Shown in pieces: positions 39,310 to 51,301 of a stretch of DNA of 64,000 nucleotides. The stretch is from an uncultured Prevotellaceae bacterium (lineage in GTDB: Bacteria; Bacteroidota; Bacteroidia; Bacteroidales; Bacteroidaceae): positions 4,893 through 68,892 of the forward strand of contig ONDP01000007.1 in assembly GCA_900316645.1 (NCBI GenBank), in the 5' to 3' direction. The position numbers were made by a program, and so were the translations under genes. The stretch's first letter is position 1. The number at the start of each line of letters is the position of its first letter. The notes below the pieces were generated by a model, which ran no database searches, was not told the DNA's origin, and worked only from the letters and a program-made list of their open reading frames with translations.

Positions 39310-40593
39310 ATGAAAGAATTTGTGATTTCTGAAGTCAAAGCTGAGACTGCTGTGCTGGTGGGACTGATTACCCAGGAGCAAGACGAGGCCAAGACCAAAG
39401 AATATCTCGACGAGCTGGAATTCCTTGCCGATACAGCTGGAGCTGCCACCGTGAAGCGCTTCACCCAGAAAGTCCAGGGGCCGAGTCAGGTGACTTATGT
39501 CGGAAAAGGCAAACTCGAAGAGATCAAACAATATATCAAGCAGCAGGAAGAAGCAGCAGACAACGATCCTACAGGCGAAACACAGCCTGTGGGTATGGTG
39601 ATTTTTGACGATGAGTTGTCTGCCAAGCAGATTCGCAATATTGAGGCTGAACTGAAGGTCAAGATTCTTGACCGCACATCACTCATCCTCGACATCTTCG
39701 CTATGCGTGCCCAGACGGCTGAAGCTAAGACGCAAGTAGAATTGGCACAGTATCGCTATATGCTGCCCCGCCTTCAACGACTTTGGACCCACTTGGAACG
39801 TCAAGGTGGCGGCTCTGGTTCTGGTGGCGGAAAAGGTTCTGTGGGATTGCGTGGACCTGGTGAGACCCAGTTGGAAATGGACCGTCGTATTATTCTGCAC
39901 CGCATCACGCTTCTGAAGGAGCGTCTGGTTGAAATTGACAAGCAGAAAACCACACAAAGAAAGAACCGTGGCAGACTGATTCGTGTAGCATTGGTAGGAT
40001 ATACTAATGTGGGAAAGTCAACCATGATGAACCTGCTGGCCAAAAGCGACGTCTTTGCAGAAAACAAGCTCTTTGCCACCCTCGACACAACTGTGCGTAA
40101 GATGGTCATTGACAATCTGCCCTTCCTCCTTGCAGATACTGTAGGATTCATCCGTAAGCTGCCCACCGACTTGGTCGACTCCTTCAAATCAACCCTCGAC
40201 GAGGTGAGAGAGGCCGACCTGTTGGTACACGTTGTGGACATCTCACACCCCGACTTTGAAGAACAAATCAACGTGGTAGAAAAGACACTGGCAGACCTGG
40301 GTTGTGCTGACAAGCCCTCGTTGTTGGTCTTCAACAAGATTGACGCTTACAGTTGGACACCACAGGACGAAGACGACCTGACCCCTCCCACTAAGGAGAA
40401 CATTTCTTTGGACGAACTGAAGAAGACATGGATGGCAAAGAGCGAAGAATTTGTTACCACTCCACTCTTTATCTCAGCTCGTGAGAAAAAGAACATCGAC
40501 GAACTGCGCGAGGTACTCTATAAGACTGTTCGCGAGCTGCATGTACAGAAGTATCCCTACAACGATTTCCTGTACAACATCGAAGAAGAATAG
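39310..40593 (+). CDS. hflX: Ribosome-splitting GTPase HflX
   Basis: GPGETQLEMDRR, GYTNVGKS, LFATLD, DTVGF and NKID motifs. Confidence 0.97.
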   Translation: MKEFVISEVKAETAVLVGLITQEQDEAKTKEYLDELEFLADTAGAATVKRFTQKVQGPSQVTYVGKGKLEEIKQYIKQQEEAADNDPTGETQPVGMVIFDDELSAKQIRNIEAELKVKILDRTSLILDIFAMRAQTAEAKTQVELAQYRYMLPRLQRLWTHLERQGGGSGSGGGKGSVGLRGPGETQLEMDRRIILHRITLLKERLVEIDKQKTTQRKNRGRLIRVALVGYTNVGKSTMMNLLAKSDVFAENKLFATLDTTVRKMVIDNLPFLLADTVGFIRKLPTDLVDSFKSTLDEVREADLLVHVVDISHPDFEEQINVVEKTLADLGCADKPSLLVFNKIDAYSWTPQDEDDLTPPTKENISLDELKKTWMAKSEEFVTTPLFISAREKKNIDELREVLYKTVRELHVQKYPYNDFLYNIEEE

Positions 40594-40615
40594 ACGAACT
40601 TACATATTATTACTT

Positions 40616-42469
40616 ATGAGAGACTATAGACAACTGACACAAGAAGAGATTGAGGTGCTCGAACGCAACAGCTGTTGGGCCGAGGACTGGAAGCGTGTGA
40701 TGGTGGCTGAGGAATTCAGACCCTACAGTTTTCACCGAGTTATCTTCTATGGTGATATCCGCTTGGGGTCATTCGACAAACAGGTGGAAGTAACCAAGGG
40801 GTTCACCAAGCATTCAGGCATCAACGACGCCACCCTGCGCAATGTCACGGTGGGCAACGACTGTCTGATTGAGAAGATTGGCAATTTCATCAACAACTAT
40901 ACGATTGGCGACAACTGCTACATTTCTAATTTGTCAACGATGGAGACGACGGAGGGAGCAACGTTTGGTGAAGGTCATCTCATTTCCGTCCTCAACGAGA
41001 TGGGCGACGGTAACGTGATACTCTTCCACGACCTCAATTCTCAGTTGGCTGCTTTCATGGTGAAGCATTTCAAGGACAAAGTGCTTCGTGACAACATCAC
41101 CCGACTGGTGAATGAAGAAATACGCTTTACCCAGCCCGAACGTGGTACGTTAGGCAATGGCGTAAAGATTATCAACACCAAGGAGATTACCAATACCGTT
41201 GTCAAGGACGACTGCGAAATCAACGGTGCTGCCCGCTTGAGCGACTGCACCATCATGTCGTCGAAAGATGCATCGGTATATATCGGCACAGGTGTTATCT
41301 GCGAAAACTCCATCATCTCGAACGGTTGTTCTATCACTAACTCGGTGAAGATGCAGGAGTGCTATGTGGGCGAGGCCTGTCAAATTACCAATGGCTTTAC
41401 TGCAGAGGCGTCAGTATTCTTTGCCAACTCGTTTATGGCCAATGGTGAGGCGTGCGCTGCCTTCTGCGGACCCTTCTCTGCATCACACCATAAGTCGAGT
41501 CTGCTGATAGGCGGTGAGTTCTCCTTCTACAATGCTGGCTCGAACACCAATTTCTCGAATCATGCTTACAAGATGGGGCCCATGCACTATGGCACTTTAG
41601 AGCGCGGTTCCAAGACTGCCAGCGGAGCCTATGTGCTGATGCCTGCCAAGATAGGTGCCTTCAGTGTCTGCTTTGGCAAACTGATGAACCATCCCGATAT
41701 GCGCTGCCTGCCCTTTGCCTATCTATTGGCATACGGTGAGACGATGTATATCGTACCAGGTCGTAACATTACTACCGTAGGTCTCTATCGTGATATCAAG
41801 AAATGGCCCAAGCGCGACAGGCGTGCCCCGTCTAGTCGAAAGAGCATCATCAATTTCGACTGGCTCAGTCCCTTCACCGTAGGTGAGATAGTACAGGGCA
41901 AGAAGATTCTGGAGAATCTGCGTCAAGCAGGCGGCAACAACGTGTCGTCGTATAATTTCCAGGAGTATATCATCAATGCCTCCTCGCTGAAAAAAGGAAT
42001 AAAGTATTATGATATAGCCCTGCGCATCTACATGGGAGCTGTCTTGAAACGTGCTGTAAAGGGCGGTTTCCTAGGCAAGCCCTCATCCTCCATCGGTGAG
42101 GGTACATGGAACGACCTCTCTGGTCTGCTGTTGCCTGCAACGGAAGAGCAGAAATTGATTGATGACATCAAGAATGGCAATATAGAAAGCGTAAAGGATA
42201 TCTTGGATCGATTCAGATACATTGACGCCCACTATCGGGAATACCAGTGGACTTGGACCTATCGCCTGATTCTAGACTATTACGGACTCGACGAACTCAC
42301 AGAACCAGCTATTCAGCGTATTCGCGAAGACTATGTGCGTGCCCGTCGTGCATGGATTGCTGAGATTCGCAAAGATGCCGAAAAGGAATTTGCCATGGGT
42401 GATGTCGAACAAGAAGTATTTGATGACTTTATCTCGAAATTAGATCACGAAATAGATTATGAAGACTAA
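40616..42469 (+). CDS. DUF4954-family protein (beta-helix repeats)
   Basis: YRQLT.EEI..LE start, hexapeptide-like repeats, HHKSSLLI and NFSNH.YK.GP. Follows hflX as in Bacteroidales. Confidence 0.8.
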   Translation: MRDYRQLTQEEIEVLERNSCWAEDWKRVMVAEEFRPYSFHRVIFYGDIRLGSFDKQVEVTKGFTKHSGINDATLRNVTVGNDCLIEKIGNFINNYTIGDNCYISNLSTMETTEGATFGEGHLISVLNEMGDGNVILFHDLNSQLAAFMVKHFKDKVLRDNITRLVNEEIRFTQPERGTLGNGVKIINTKEITNTVVKDDCEINGAARLSDCTIMSSKDASVYIGTGVICENSIISNGCSITNSVKMQECYVGEACQITNGFTAEASVFFANSFMANGEACAAFCGPFSASHHKSSLLIGGEFSFYNAGSNTNFSNHAYKMGPMHYGTLERGSKTASGAYVLMPAKIGAFSVCFGKLMNHPDMRCLPFAYLLAYGETMYIVPGRNITTVGLYRDIKKWPKRDRRAPSSRKSIINFDWLSPFTVGEIVQGKKILENLRQAGGNNVSSYNFQEYIINASSLKKGIKYYDIALRIYMGAVLKRAVKGGFLGKPSSSIGEGTWNDLSGLLLPATEEQKLIDDIKNGNIESVKDILDRFRYIDAHYREYQWTWTYRLILDYYGLDELTEPAIQRIREDYVRARRAWIAEIRKDAEKEFAMGDVEQEVFDDFISKLDHEIDYED

Positions 42470-45362
42470 GTTTTTACTGACTGCCTGTCTGGTGGCATTG
42501 GGAATGTCACTCCAGGCCAAGAATTATGACTACAAGACAGTAGATGGCGACTTGACAAAGACGCGCATCTACACGTTGGACAACGGACTGAAGGTGTATC
42601 TCTCTATCAACAAGGAGAAACCACGCATTCAGACATATATTGCCGTTCGTACAGGTTCGAAGAACGACCCTGCCGAAACGACAGGTCTTGCTCACTATCT
42701 GGAGCACCTGATGTTCAAGGGAACCAAGCAGTTTGGCACCAGCAACCCTGATGCCGAGGCACCCTATCTCAATGACATCAAGAACCGCTACGAGGCTTAT
42801 CGCAAGCTTACTGACAACGAGGCTCGTAAGAAAGCATACCACGAGATTGATAGTGTGTCGCAACTGGCTGCCCAGTACAACATCCCCAATGAGTACGACA
42901 AACTGATGGCAGCTATCGGTGCACAGGGAACGAATGCCTATACCTCCAACGATGTCACTTGCTATACGGAGGACATCCCTTCTAACGAGATTGAGAACTG
43001 GGCAAAGATTCAGAGCGACCGTTTCCAGAACATGGTGATTCGTGGCTTCCATACAGAGTTGGAGGCTGTGTATGAGGAATATAACATCGGACTGTCAAGC
43101 GACCAGCGCAAGCTGTTTGCTACCACCAGCAAGATGCTGTGGCCCAACCATCCCTATGGAACACAGACCACAATAGGTACACAGGAGCACTTGAAGAACC
43201 CCTCGATTGTGAATATCGAGAACTACTTCAACAAATGGTATCGCCCCAACAACGTAGCTATCTGCATGGCTGGCGACTTTGATTTTGACCAGACGATTGC
43301 CATCATCGATAAGTATTTCTCTGGCTGGAAGCCCGGAGCTGACGTCAAGCAGCCCGTTTTCGCTTCACTGCCCCCACTGACCTCTCCCAAGGACACAACC
43401 ATCGTGGGACAGGAGGCAGAACAGATTTGGGTAGCATGGCGTGCCAAGCAGGCTAACTCACTGCAGGCCGACACTTTGGAACTGATGGAGGATGTGCTCA
43501 GCAACGGACGTGCCGGACTCTTCGACCTCGGTCTGAACCAGACCATGAAGGTACAGCGCGCAGGAGCCGGTTCTGAACTGATGCACGATCATGGAGGTTT
43601 CTTCCTGATAGGCAGTCCTAAACAAGGGCAGAGCCTCGACGAGGTAAAGACGCTGATGCTAGGTGAGATTGACAAGCTGAAGAAGGGCGACTTCCCTGAC
43701 AACCTGCTGCCAAGCATCATCAACAACAAGAAGCGTCAGTATTATATGCAGTTGGAGGACAATCGCAGTCGCGCCGACTTGTTTGTCGATGCCTTCATCA
43801 ACGAGGTAGAATGGAAACAGGAGGTGGGCAAGATTGACCGTATCTCGAAAATCACTAAAAAGGAGATTGTCGACTTTGCCAACAATTTCTTTGGTAATGG
43901 CTACGTCATCATCTACAAAAAGCAGGGCATTGACTCACTGCAGAAGAAAATCGACAAGCCTGCCATCACTCCTATTCCTGCCAATCGCGACAAGATGAGT
44001 CAGTTTGTGAAGGACATTCAGAATGCCAAGGTGGAGCCTATCCAACCTAAGTTTGTTGACTTCAAGAAAGATATCACCTTCACTGAGACAAAGAGCAAAC
44101 TGCCTTTGCGCTATGTAAAGAACAATGAGAACGGGCTCTTCGAGTTAGAGTTCCAGTTTGAATTCGGACGTGAGGCTGACAACCGTTATGGTGTAGCCCG
44201 AGACTATATGAACTATCTGGGCACAGAGTTCCTGACCAATGCTGAAATCAAGCAGAAATTCTATGAACTGGCCTGCGACTATTATCTCTATGAGGGCAAC
44301 GACAACATCATCGTCTCACTGTATGGTCTTAGCGAAAACATGCCCAAAGCCCTCGAGTTGCTGGAGAATCTTTGGCAGAACGTAAAGACTGACAAGGCTG
44401 CTTACGATCAAATGGTGGCTAAGATTCTCAAACAACGCGACGATGCCAAAAAAGACCAGCGTCGTTACTACAGCACGCTGTCCCAATACGGTATGTATGG
44501 AAAGCGCAATGCCAGCACCGACATCATGAGTGAACAGCAGTTGAAGGAGACTGACCCGCAGGTGCTTATTGACCTGCTGAAGAATCTGAAGAACTACAAG
44601 CATAGCATCAACTACTATGGTCCTATGTCAGTCAATGAGGTTTCCTCTATCATCAGCAACACCCATAAGACTGCCAAGCAACTGAAAGAGGTGCCTCTGG
44701 GTAAGCCTTACGTCAAAGAACTTGCCACCAAGGACGAAGTTTGGATTGCACCTTACGATGCCAAGAACATCTACATGCGCATGTTCCATAACGAGCGACG
44801 CGACTGGAATCCCGATGAGACAGCCACCGTGTCACTCTTCAACGAGTACTTCGGTGGAGGCATGAACGGTGTTGTGTTCCAAGAGTTGCGCGAGGCCCGT
44901 GGCTTGGCCTATAATGCCTCTGCATGGTATGGGCGTCCCGATAAGAAAGGCGAGAAAGAAAGCTACTTCACTCACATCATCACCCAGAACGATAAGATGA
45001 TGGATTGCATCAAAGAGTTCCACCACATTCTGAACGAGTTCCCTGCCAGCGAGAATGCCTTCAAGATTGCCAAGGAAGGACTCATCAAGCAACTGGCCTC
45101 ACAACGTGTGACCAAGATGAATATCATCAACCGTTGGTACAGCATGCAGAAATTAGGTCTGAACTACGATCTCAATGAGAAGATTTATAACGATTTGCAG
45201 AAAGTTACCCTGCAGGACATCGTCAACTTCGAGAAAGCTAATATGGCCAACAAAGCCTATCGCTACATCATCCTTGGTGATGAGAAGCAACTCGACATGG
45301 AGTCGTTAGAGAAGATTGGTCCCATCCGTCGTCTGACGACAGAAGAAGTTTTTGGATATTAA
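42459..45362 (+). CDS. M16-family zinc peptidase (insulinase/PqqL-like)
   Basis: Signal peptide; inverted motif [25 protein letters not shown]. Confidence 0.92.
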   Translation: MKTKFLLTACLVALGMSLQAKNYDYKTVDGDLTKTRIYTLDNGLKVYLSINKEKPRIQTYIAVRTGSKNDPAETTGLAHYLEHLMFKGTKQFGTSNPDAEAPYLNDIKNRYEAYRKLTDNEARKKAYHEIDSVSQLAAQYNIPNEYDKLMAAIGAQGTNAYTSNDVTCYTEDIPSNEIENWAKIQSDRFQNMVIRGFHTELEAVYEEYNIGLSSDQRKLFATTSKMLWPNHPYGTQTTIGTQEHLKNPSIVNIENYFNKWYRPNNVAICMAGDFDFDQTIAIIDKYFSGWKPGADVKQPVFASLPPLTSPKDTTIVGQEAEQIWVAWRAKQANSLQADTLELMEDVLSNGRAGLFDLGLNQTMKVQRAGAGSELMHDHGGFFLIGSPKQGQSLDEVKTLMLGEIDKLKKGDFPDNLLPSIINNKKRQYYMQLEDNRSRADLFVDAFINEVEWKQEVGKIDRISKITKKEIVDFANNFFGNGYVIIYKKQGIDSLQKKIDKPAITPIPANRDKMSQFVKDIQNAKVEPIQPKFVDFKKDITFTETKSKLPLRYVKNNENGLFELEFQFEFGREADNRYGVARDYMNYLGTEFLTNAEIKQKFYELACDYYLYEGNDNIIVSLYGLSENMPKALELLENLWQNVKTDKAAYDQMVAKILKQRDDAKKDQRRYYSTLSQYGMYGKRNASTDIMSEQQLKETDPQVLIDLLKNLKNYKHSINYYGPMSVNEVSSIISNTHKTAKQLKEVPLGKPYVKELATKDEVWIAPYDAKNIYMRMFHNERRDWNPDETATVSLFNEYFGGGMNGVVFQELREARGLAYNASAWYGRPDKKGEKESYFTHIITQNDKMMDCIKEFHHILNEFPASENAFKIAKEGLIKQLASQRVTKMNIINRWYSMQKLGLNYDLNEKIYNDLQKVTLQDIVNFEKANMANKAYRYIILGDEKQLDMESLEKIGPIRRLTTEEVFGY

Positions 45363-45385
45363 TAACTAAACAAATACAAATCACT

Positions 45386-47035
45386 ATGGCAACAACACCG
45401 GATTTCAAGTACGCCCCAATGTTTCAGATGGGCGAAGACAAAACAGAGTACAGACTGCTTTCAAAGGAAGGCGTGACCACTGCCGAATTTGAAGGAAAAC
45501 AAATTGTAAAGGTATCAAAGGAGGCACTGACATTGTTGGCACAGCAGGCCTTCCACGATGTAGAGTTCATGCTGCGTCGTGAGCACAACCTGCAGGTGGC
45601 TGAGATACTGAAAGACCCAGAGGCTTCTGATAATGATAAATATGTAGCCCTGCAGTTCCTGCGCAATGCCGAGGTGGCTGCCCATGGCATCCTGCCTTTC
45701 TGCCAGGACACCGGTACTGCTATTATTCATGGTGAGAAGGGACAGCAGATTTGGACAGGTTTTGAAGATGAAAAGGCACTGAGCCGTGGTGTCTATAACA
45801 CCTTCACTCAGGACAACCTGCGCTATTCTCAGAATGCTCCGCTGAATATGTACGACGAGGTGAATACCCGTTGCAACCTGCCTGCTCAGATTGACATCGA
45901 GGCTACAGAGGGAGCTGAGTATCGCTTTGTGATGGTCGCAAAGGGTGGCGGAAGCGCCAACAAGACCTACTTCTACCCCATGACCAAAGCTACCATTCAG
46001 AATGAGGGAACTCTGTTGCCTTTCCTGGTTGAGAAGATGAAATCACTGGGTACAGCAGCCTGTCCTCCTTACCACATTGCCTTCGTGATTGGCGGAACCT
46101 CAGCTGAGAAGAACCTGCTGACAGTGAAACTCGCTTCTATCAAGTACTACGACAGTCTGCCTACCACAGGCGATGAGACAGGACGTGCCTTCCGTGATAT
46201 CGACTTGGAGAACAAACTGCTCGACGAGGCCCACAAGATAGGACTCGGTGCTCAGTTCGGTGGTAAGGCTCTGGCTCACGACATCCGCGTCATCCGCCTG
46301 CCCCGTCATGGTGCCAGCTGTCCTATCGGTATGGGTGTGAGCTGTTCTGCTGACCGTAACATCAAGGCTAAGATTAATAAGGACGGTATCTGGTTGGAGA
46401 AGATGGATTCGAATCCTGCCGAACTGATTCCTGCAGAATATGCCAAGGCTGGCGAAGGTAAGAACACCATCGTTATCGACCTGAACGAGGGTATTGACGC
46501 CGTCCGCAAGGAGCTCTCCAAGTATCCTGTTTCCACCCGCGTCAATCTGAAAGGTACCATCATCGTGGCACGCGACATTGCCCATGCCAAACTGAAGGCA
46601 CGTATCGATGCCGGCGAACCCATGCCTGAATACTTCAAGAAGTATCCTGTGCTCTATGCAGGACCTGCTAAGACACCAGAAGGTTATCCCTGTGGTTCGA
46701 TGGGACCCACGACAGCCAACCGTATGGACCCCTACGTTGACGAATTCCAGTCGTTGGGTGCATCGCTGGTAATGATTGCAAAGGGCAACCGTTCACAGGT
46801 AGTTACCGATGCCTGTCAGAAGTATGGTGGTTTCTATCTGGGCAGCATCGGTGGTGTTGCTGCAGTTCTCTCAAAGTCGAGCATCAAGAGTATTGAGTGT
46901 GTAGAATATCCTGAACTTGGTATGGAGGCTATCTGGAAGATTGAGGTAGAAGACTTCCCCGCCTTCATTCTGGTTGACGACAAGGGTAACGACTTCTTCA
47001 AGCAGTTGAAGCCCTGGTGCCCCAACGCAAAATAA
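45386..47035 (+). CDS. fumB: Class I Fe-S fumarate hydratase
   Basis: [29 protein letters not shown] and GPTTA.RM motifs. Confidence 0.93.
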   Translation: MATTPDFKYAPMFQMGEDKTEYRLLSKEGVTTAEFEGKQIVKVSKEALTLLAQQAFHDVEFMLRREHNLQVAEILKDPEASDNDKYVALQFLRNAEVAAHGILPFCQDTGTAIIHGEKGQQIWTGFEDEKALSRGVYNTFTQDNLRYSQNAPLNMYDEVNTRCNLPAQIDIEATEGAEYRFVMVAKGGGSANKTYFYPMTKATIQNEGTLLPFLVEKMKSLGTAACPPYHIAFVIGGTSAEKNLLTVKLASIKYYDSLPTTGDETGRAFRDIDLENKLLDEAHKIGLGAQFGGKALAHDIRVIRLPRHGASCPIGMGVSCSADRNIKAKINKDGIWLEKMDSNPAELIPAEYAKAGEGKNTIVIDLNEGIDAVRKELSKYPVSTRVNLKGTIIVARDIAHAKLKARIDAGEPMPEYFKKYPVLYAGPAKTPEGYPCGSMGPTTANRMDPYVDEFQSLGASLVMIAKGNRSQVVTDACQKYGGFYLGSIGGVAAVLSKSSIKSIECVEYPELGMEAIWKIEVEDFPAFILVDDKGNDFFKQLKPWCPNAK

Positions 47036-47040
47036 GTAAG

Positions 47041-48624
47041 ATGAGCAAGAAAGCACTCTGGCTACTCCTGACCCTATTCCTTTCCCTGCGCATCATGGCG
47101 CAGGGCGAGGATTTCACTATCCTCAAAGGCGATTGCATGCCTTTGGCTGATGAAAGTACAGCTGATGGCCACCGTGCTACTCATCGTGCCCTGATACCCA
47201 AGACGGATTGGGACAGGGAAAAGACTTATAAACAGATGGTGATACTCTTCACTTTCTCTGGCGACGACAGTGAGTTTAAAATGGAGAACCCCCAAGAGTA
47301 TTACCAAAAACTATTCAACGAAAAAGGCTTTAATCCTAATCTGGGACCTGGCTCTGTGGCTGACTATTTCAGAGATCAGTCGGGTGGACTGTGTAACATT
47401 GAGTTTGACATCTATGGACCTGTACAGGTTTCGTCTAAATCACAGCCCTACGACAAGCCAGACAAGAATACTCATAATTACGGAAGGGAACCCATGAAGG
47501 AGGCAACCCAACTGGTCCTGGAAGCCAATCCCGATGTTGACTACTCGCAGTATGACTGGAATGATGACGGCACGATAGAGCAAGTGATTTATATTCATGC
47601 CGGCCCTCCTGGAAATACAGATAATGCGTTTGGACACATCTGGCCAAACACCTCCTCTTTCAATGTCGTCACCACACCTGACGGGAAGAAGATTTCGTCT
47701 TATTCTGCAAGTGGCGAATACTGGGGGAAAAAGCCAGACGGAACCATCGTGTATTGTGGCATCGGCACTGTCTGTCATGAGTACTCCCACAGTCTGGGAC
47801 TGCCCGACATCTATCCGACAACTGCAGACCAAGGCTATTCCGTCTGTGATGAATGGGACCTGATGGATGGTGGTAATTTTACCAATTGGGGATGGTGCCC
47901 ACCCAACTACACAGCACTGGAGAAATACCTGATGGGGTGGCTGGAGCTGACAGAACTGAACGAGGCTGCTACCATCACTGGTATGAAACCTGTTTCTGAG
48001 GGTGGAACTGCATACATTGTCAAACATTCCGATTCCGAATGGCTGCTGCTCGAAAATCGCCAGCAAACCGCATGGGACGCTGGGGCGCCAGGCAAGGGGC
48101 TCGTCATCTACCATGTAAACTACGACGGTTCTGTATGGCAAGGAAACGAGGTGAATATCGACAAGACGAAGCGTCGCTTCCATCTTGTCCATGCTGACAA
48201 TATGGATTATGACGCATGGAGTGCATATATCAAGGAGAAGAAGTTGGAGCCTTATGCTGCAGACGAATGGATGAACCGTCGTATTCTCAGCACCTCACCC
48301 TATCCATATATCTCTGAGGATAAGGAAACGGTGAATAACGAACTGACAGACACCTCTACCCCAGCAGCCACGATGTTCAATCCCGGTACGGAAGGTGAGA
48401 TGCTGTTAGCAAAACCCATCACGAATATCCAGATGACGGACGACGGACTCATCTCGTTCGACTTTATGGGAGGAACAACGGGAATCCGCCACTTACCGAT
48501 AGCTGGCGACAACGACGCGTCCTGCCTGTATAATCTGCAAGGCCAGCGCATAAATATTCCCAAGCCTGGGAATTTATATATTGTGAAGAAAAATAATGGT
48601 ACGACCTATAAATATATAAAATGA
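47041..48624 (+). CDS. M6 (immune inhibitor A-like) metalloprotease 1
   Basis: Signal peptide, GSVADYF.DQS.G, DWNDDG, HEYSHSLGLPD, WDLMDGG; CTD-like YNLQGQR tail. Confidence 0.87.
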   Translation: MSKKALWLLLTLFLSLRIMAQGEDFTILKGDCMPLADESTADGHRATHRALIPKTDWDREKTYKQMVILFTFSGDDSEFKMENPQEYYQKLFNEKGFNPNLGPGSVADYFRDQSGGLCNIEFDIYGPVQVSSKSQPYDKPDKNTHNYGREPMKEATQLVLEANPDVDYSQYDWNDDGTIEQVIYIHAGPPGNTDNAFGHIWPNTSSFNVVTTPDGKKISSYSASGEYWGKKPDGTIVYCGIGTVCHEYSHSLGLPDIYPTTADQGYSVCDEWDLMDGGNFTNWGWCPPNYTALEKYLMGWLELTELNEAATITGMKPVSEGGTAYIVKHSDSEWLLLENRQQTAWDAGAPGKGLVIYHVNYDGSVWQGNEVNIDKTKRRFHLVHADNMDYDAWSAYIKEKKLEPYAADEWMNRRILSTSPYPYISEDKETVNNELTDTSTPAATMFNPGTEGEMLLAKPITNIQMTDDGLISFDFMGGTTGIRHLPIAGDNDASCLYNLQGQRINIPKPGNLYIVKKNNGTTYKYIK

Positions 48625-50639
48625 AGCATTTGAAAAAGATATTAACCCTTCTCCTGTTGTTGACCACACTGACAACAACTGCTCAACAGGAAGTACAACG
48701 GCAAGGGTGCCGACGCGGCACGCCACGCAGCCAGCATGGGATGACGCTTCGCTCAGCGCAGAGCCGACAATTGGGCGGTGATTTCTATACGGGCGAGCGT
48801 CACCAACTGACCGTGCTCGTATCGTTTGCAGACTTAAGCTTTGAGGGCGACGAGACTGCCACGATGACGAAATGGGACAATATCATGAATACCAAAAACT
48901 ATCAGGAAGAACCCTACAAAGGTTCTGTGCGCGACTATTTCTACGCCCAGAGCTATGGAACGTTTGACCTGAACTTCGACTTGCAGTATGTGCAACTCAC
49001 GGAGGGGGAAGCCCGATACGCCAGCACAGCCAATGATGATGAGAATTCGCAGTTTCTGGTCAACGACATCATGGACATCCTCACGGAGCGTGACATCGAC
49101 TGGAGCCTGTATGACTGGAATGGCGACGGATTTGTCAATCAACTGATGATTATCTTTGCAGGAAAAGGCATGAACGACGGGGGAGGTTCCAACTCCATCT
49201 GGGCACACCAATGGTGGCTCAGCGACCATCTGAACAAGTCAACAGAGGACACGAAGGACTACTGCGAGCCTCGCACTGTCACCTATAACGACAATACTTA
49301 TAAAATCGACAGTTACTGTGCCGTTCCTGAAAAAGGAGCCAAGTATGCTTCTTTCGGAACTCTCTGTCACGAATTCAGCCATTGCTTCGGCTTTCCCGAC
49401 TTCTATTTCAGCAGCACATCATACGTGAAGCAGTGGGACCTCATGGACTATGGCAACTATAACGGCAACGGCTATATCCCCTGCAGCTATTCTGCCCACG
49501 AACGCTGGCTCATGGGATGGCTCCCGTTTACTGAGCTCAGTGAAGGGACAACGGTCACGGACATGCCTGCCCTCAGCGACAAGCCCGTTGCCTATCTCAT
49601 CCACAACGACGCCTATGAGAACGAGTTCTACGTGGTGGAGAACCGCCAGCAGAAAGACTGGGATGCCGGATTGCCCGGTAGCGGTATCGTCATTTTCCAT
49701 ATTGACTTCGATAATGATGCCTGGTTGAATAAATACGTAGGTCCTAATCATCCTGTGTTTGTGGACCAGAATGGCACCTCATACACAGAATCAAATGCGT
49801 ACACCATCATCCCTGCCAACGCAAACGCCAGTACCTCTGCGTCCAGCGGTTGGGCATACCCCTATCTTAGCAACAACGAATTGACTAATACGTCATCGCC
49901 TGCCTCAACTCTCTTTCATAAGAACAGCCAGGGCGAGTTCCTGATGAACAAGTCGCTGACAGATATGGCTGTCACCGATGGCCTGGCCTCGTTTGTCTTT
50001 GGCGACAATTGCATCAAATTCCCAGAAATGCTGAACAAGGTGACATTCTTCCATGAGACGAGGAGCTTCAAACTGCCTGCAGGAATTACTGCCAGTGTCG
50101 TGACCAATATGACAGACGACGGAAAACTGGTTTGCGAGAAGATTGTCGATCAGACTCTGCGCGACGGTATCACCCCGTCCAACACCCCCATGATTCTGAC
50201 GAAAGAAGACGCTTCGTTGCCTGCTTCCATTTCATTGGCAGAAGTCACCAAGACACAGCCTTATGACGGTCCTAACCTGCTCAGAGGTTCTGACAATGAT
50301 TGTACAACTGATATTTACGGAGCTGACTATCTGTTCTATAAACTGGCATTAGGACATTCCGCCTCCGACTACCAAAGTATTTACAGCTGGTATTGGGGCG
50401 CTGAGAACGGAGGTGCATTCCACATCGAGGCCCATAAGGCTTGGCTCGCCCTGCCCATGACCAATGCAGCTTCCCAACTGTCGATGATTAACGCCAGCGA
50501 GTTGACCTCACTTCGTGAGATAGGAAACGACAAACTGGGCATCGGCACTGACGTCTATTATGACCTCAGCGGTCATCGTGTAGCCTATCCCAAGAAGGGT
50601 ATCTTTATTCTTAACGGTAGAAAAATAGTGATACGATGA
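48621..50639 (+). CDS. M6 (immune inhibitor A-like) metalloprotease 2
   Basis: GSVRDYF..QSYG, DWNGDG, HEFSHCFGFPD, WDLMDYG; tail YYDLSGHRV...KGIFILNGRK. Confidence 0.87.
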   Translation: MKHLKKILTLLLLLTTLTTTAQQEVQRQGCRRGTPRSQHGMTLRSAQSRQLGGDFYTGERHQLTVLVSFADLSFEGDETATMTKWDNIMNTKNYQEEPYKGSVRDYFYAQSYGTFDLNFDLQYVQLTEGEARYASTANDDENSQFLVNDIMDILTERDIDWSLYDWNGDGFVNQLMIIFAGKGMNDGGGSNSIWAHQWWLSDHLNKSTEDTKDYCEPRTVTYNDNTYKIDSYCAVPEKGAKYASFGTLCHEFSHCFGFPDFYFSSTSYVKQWDLMDYGNYNGNGYIPCSYSAHERWLMGWLPFTELSEGTTVTDMPALSDKPVAYLIHNDAYENEFYVVENRQQKDWDAGLPGSGIVIFHIDFDNDAWLNKYVGPNHPVFVDQNGTSYTESNAYTIIPANANASTSASSGWAYPYLSNNELTNTSSPASTLFHKNSQGEFLMNKSLTDMAVTDGLASFVFGDNCIKFPEMLNKVTFFHETRSFKLPAGITASVVTNMTDDGKLVCEKIVDQTLRDGITPSNTPMILTKEDASLPASISLAEVTKTQPYDGPNLLRGSDNDCTTDIYGADYLFYKLALGHSASDYQSIYSWYWGAENGGAFHIEAHKAWLALPMTNAASQLSMINASELTSLREIGNDKLGIGTDVYYDLSGHRVAYPKKGIFILNGRKIVIR

Positions 50640-51292
50640 AGCAACTATATCCATATCTCCTGCTGCTCACCTGTTGTCTGTGGGTTTCATGCAGCAAGTC
50701 TGATGACAAGTCAAATACCTACGAAGTAAACATGTCTGTCACTGCTTTGGGCGAACTGAAGGAATACACCCTGAAGGATTTTGCCAACTCCATTGACGAG
50801 ATAACCATTCAATCCACACAACCCTCCTGGGCGTCGATAGAATTAGAGACGAACACCAACAACGAAGTGGTCGTCATCGTGATGGTGGACGAAAATGACG
50901 AAGAGGCGGAACGTACCCACCAAGTGTCACTGAAGGCAGAGAACGGACATATCTTCCTTCTCAATATCACCCAGAAGGCACCATTGTTCTTTGAGAAAAC
51001 GTTAGATTTTGCAGGACAAGGCGGACAGCATGCTCTCACCTTGGAGAATTTTACACCACCTGTCGTTTCTACTGAAGGACTGGATAACTGGTTGGAGATT
51101 GAGTGGAAAAGCGAAACGTCAAGGGATATCATTGTCACAGCAAAAGCGAACCCTTCAGCTACCGAGCGTACTGCTCAGATAACGCTAAAGGATTCGCAAG
51201 GCAATCATACTATTCTTCATGTGTCGCAAACAGTCATGAAGGACAATTCTGACGACACCACAGAACAAACAACCGACCAGGAAGCGCTCTAA
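50636..51292 (+). CDS. Lipoprotein with two BACON-like domains
   Basis: Lipobox WVSC; two W...N....R......Q Ig-like repeats. Confidence 0.7.
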   Translation: MKQLYPYLLLLTCCLWVSCSKSDDKSNTYEVNMSVTALGELKEYTLKDFANSIDEITIQSTQPSWASIELETNTNNEVVVIVMVDENDEEAERTHQVSLKAENGHIFLLNITQKAPLFFEKTLDFAGQGGQHALTLENFTPPVVSTEGLDNWLEIEWKSETSRDIIVTAKANPSATERTAQITLKDSQGNHTILHVSQTVMKDNSDDTTEQTTDQEAL

Positions 51293-51301
51293 CAACTGTT
51301 G

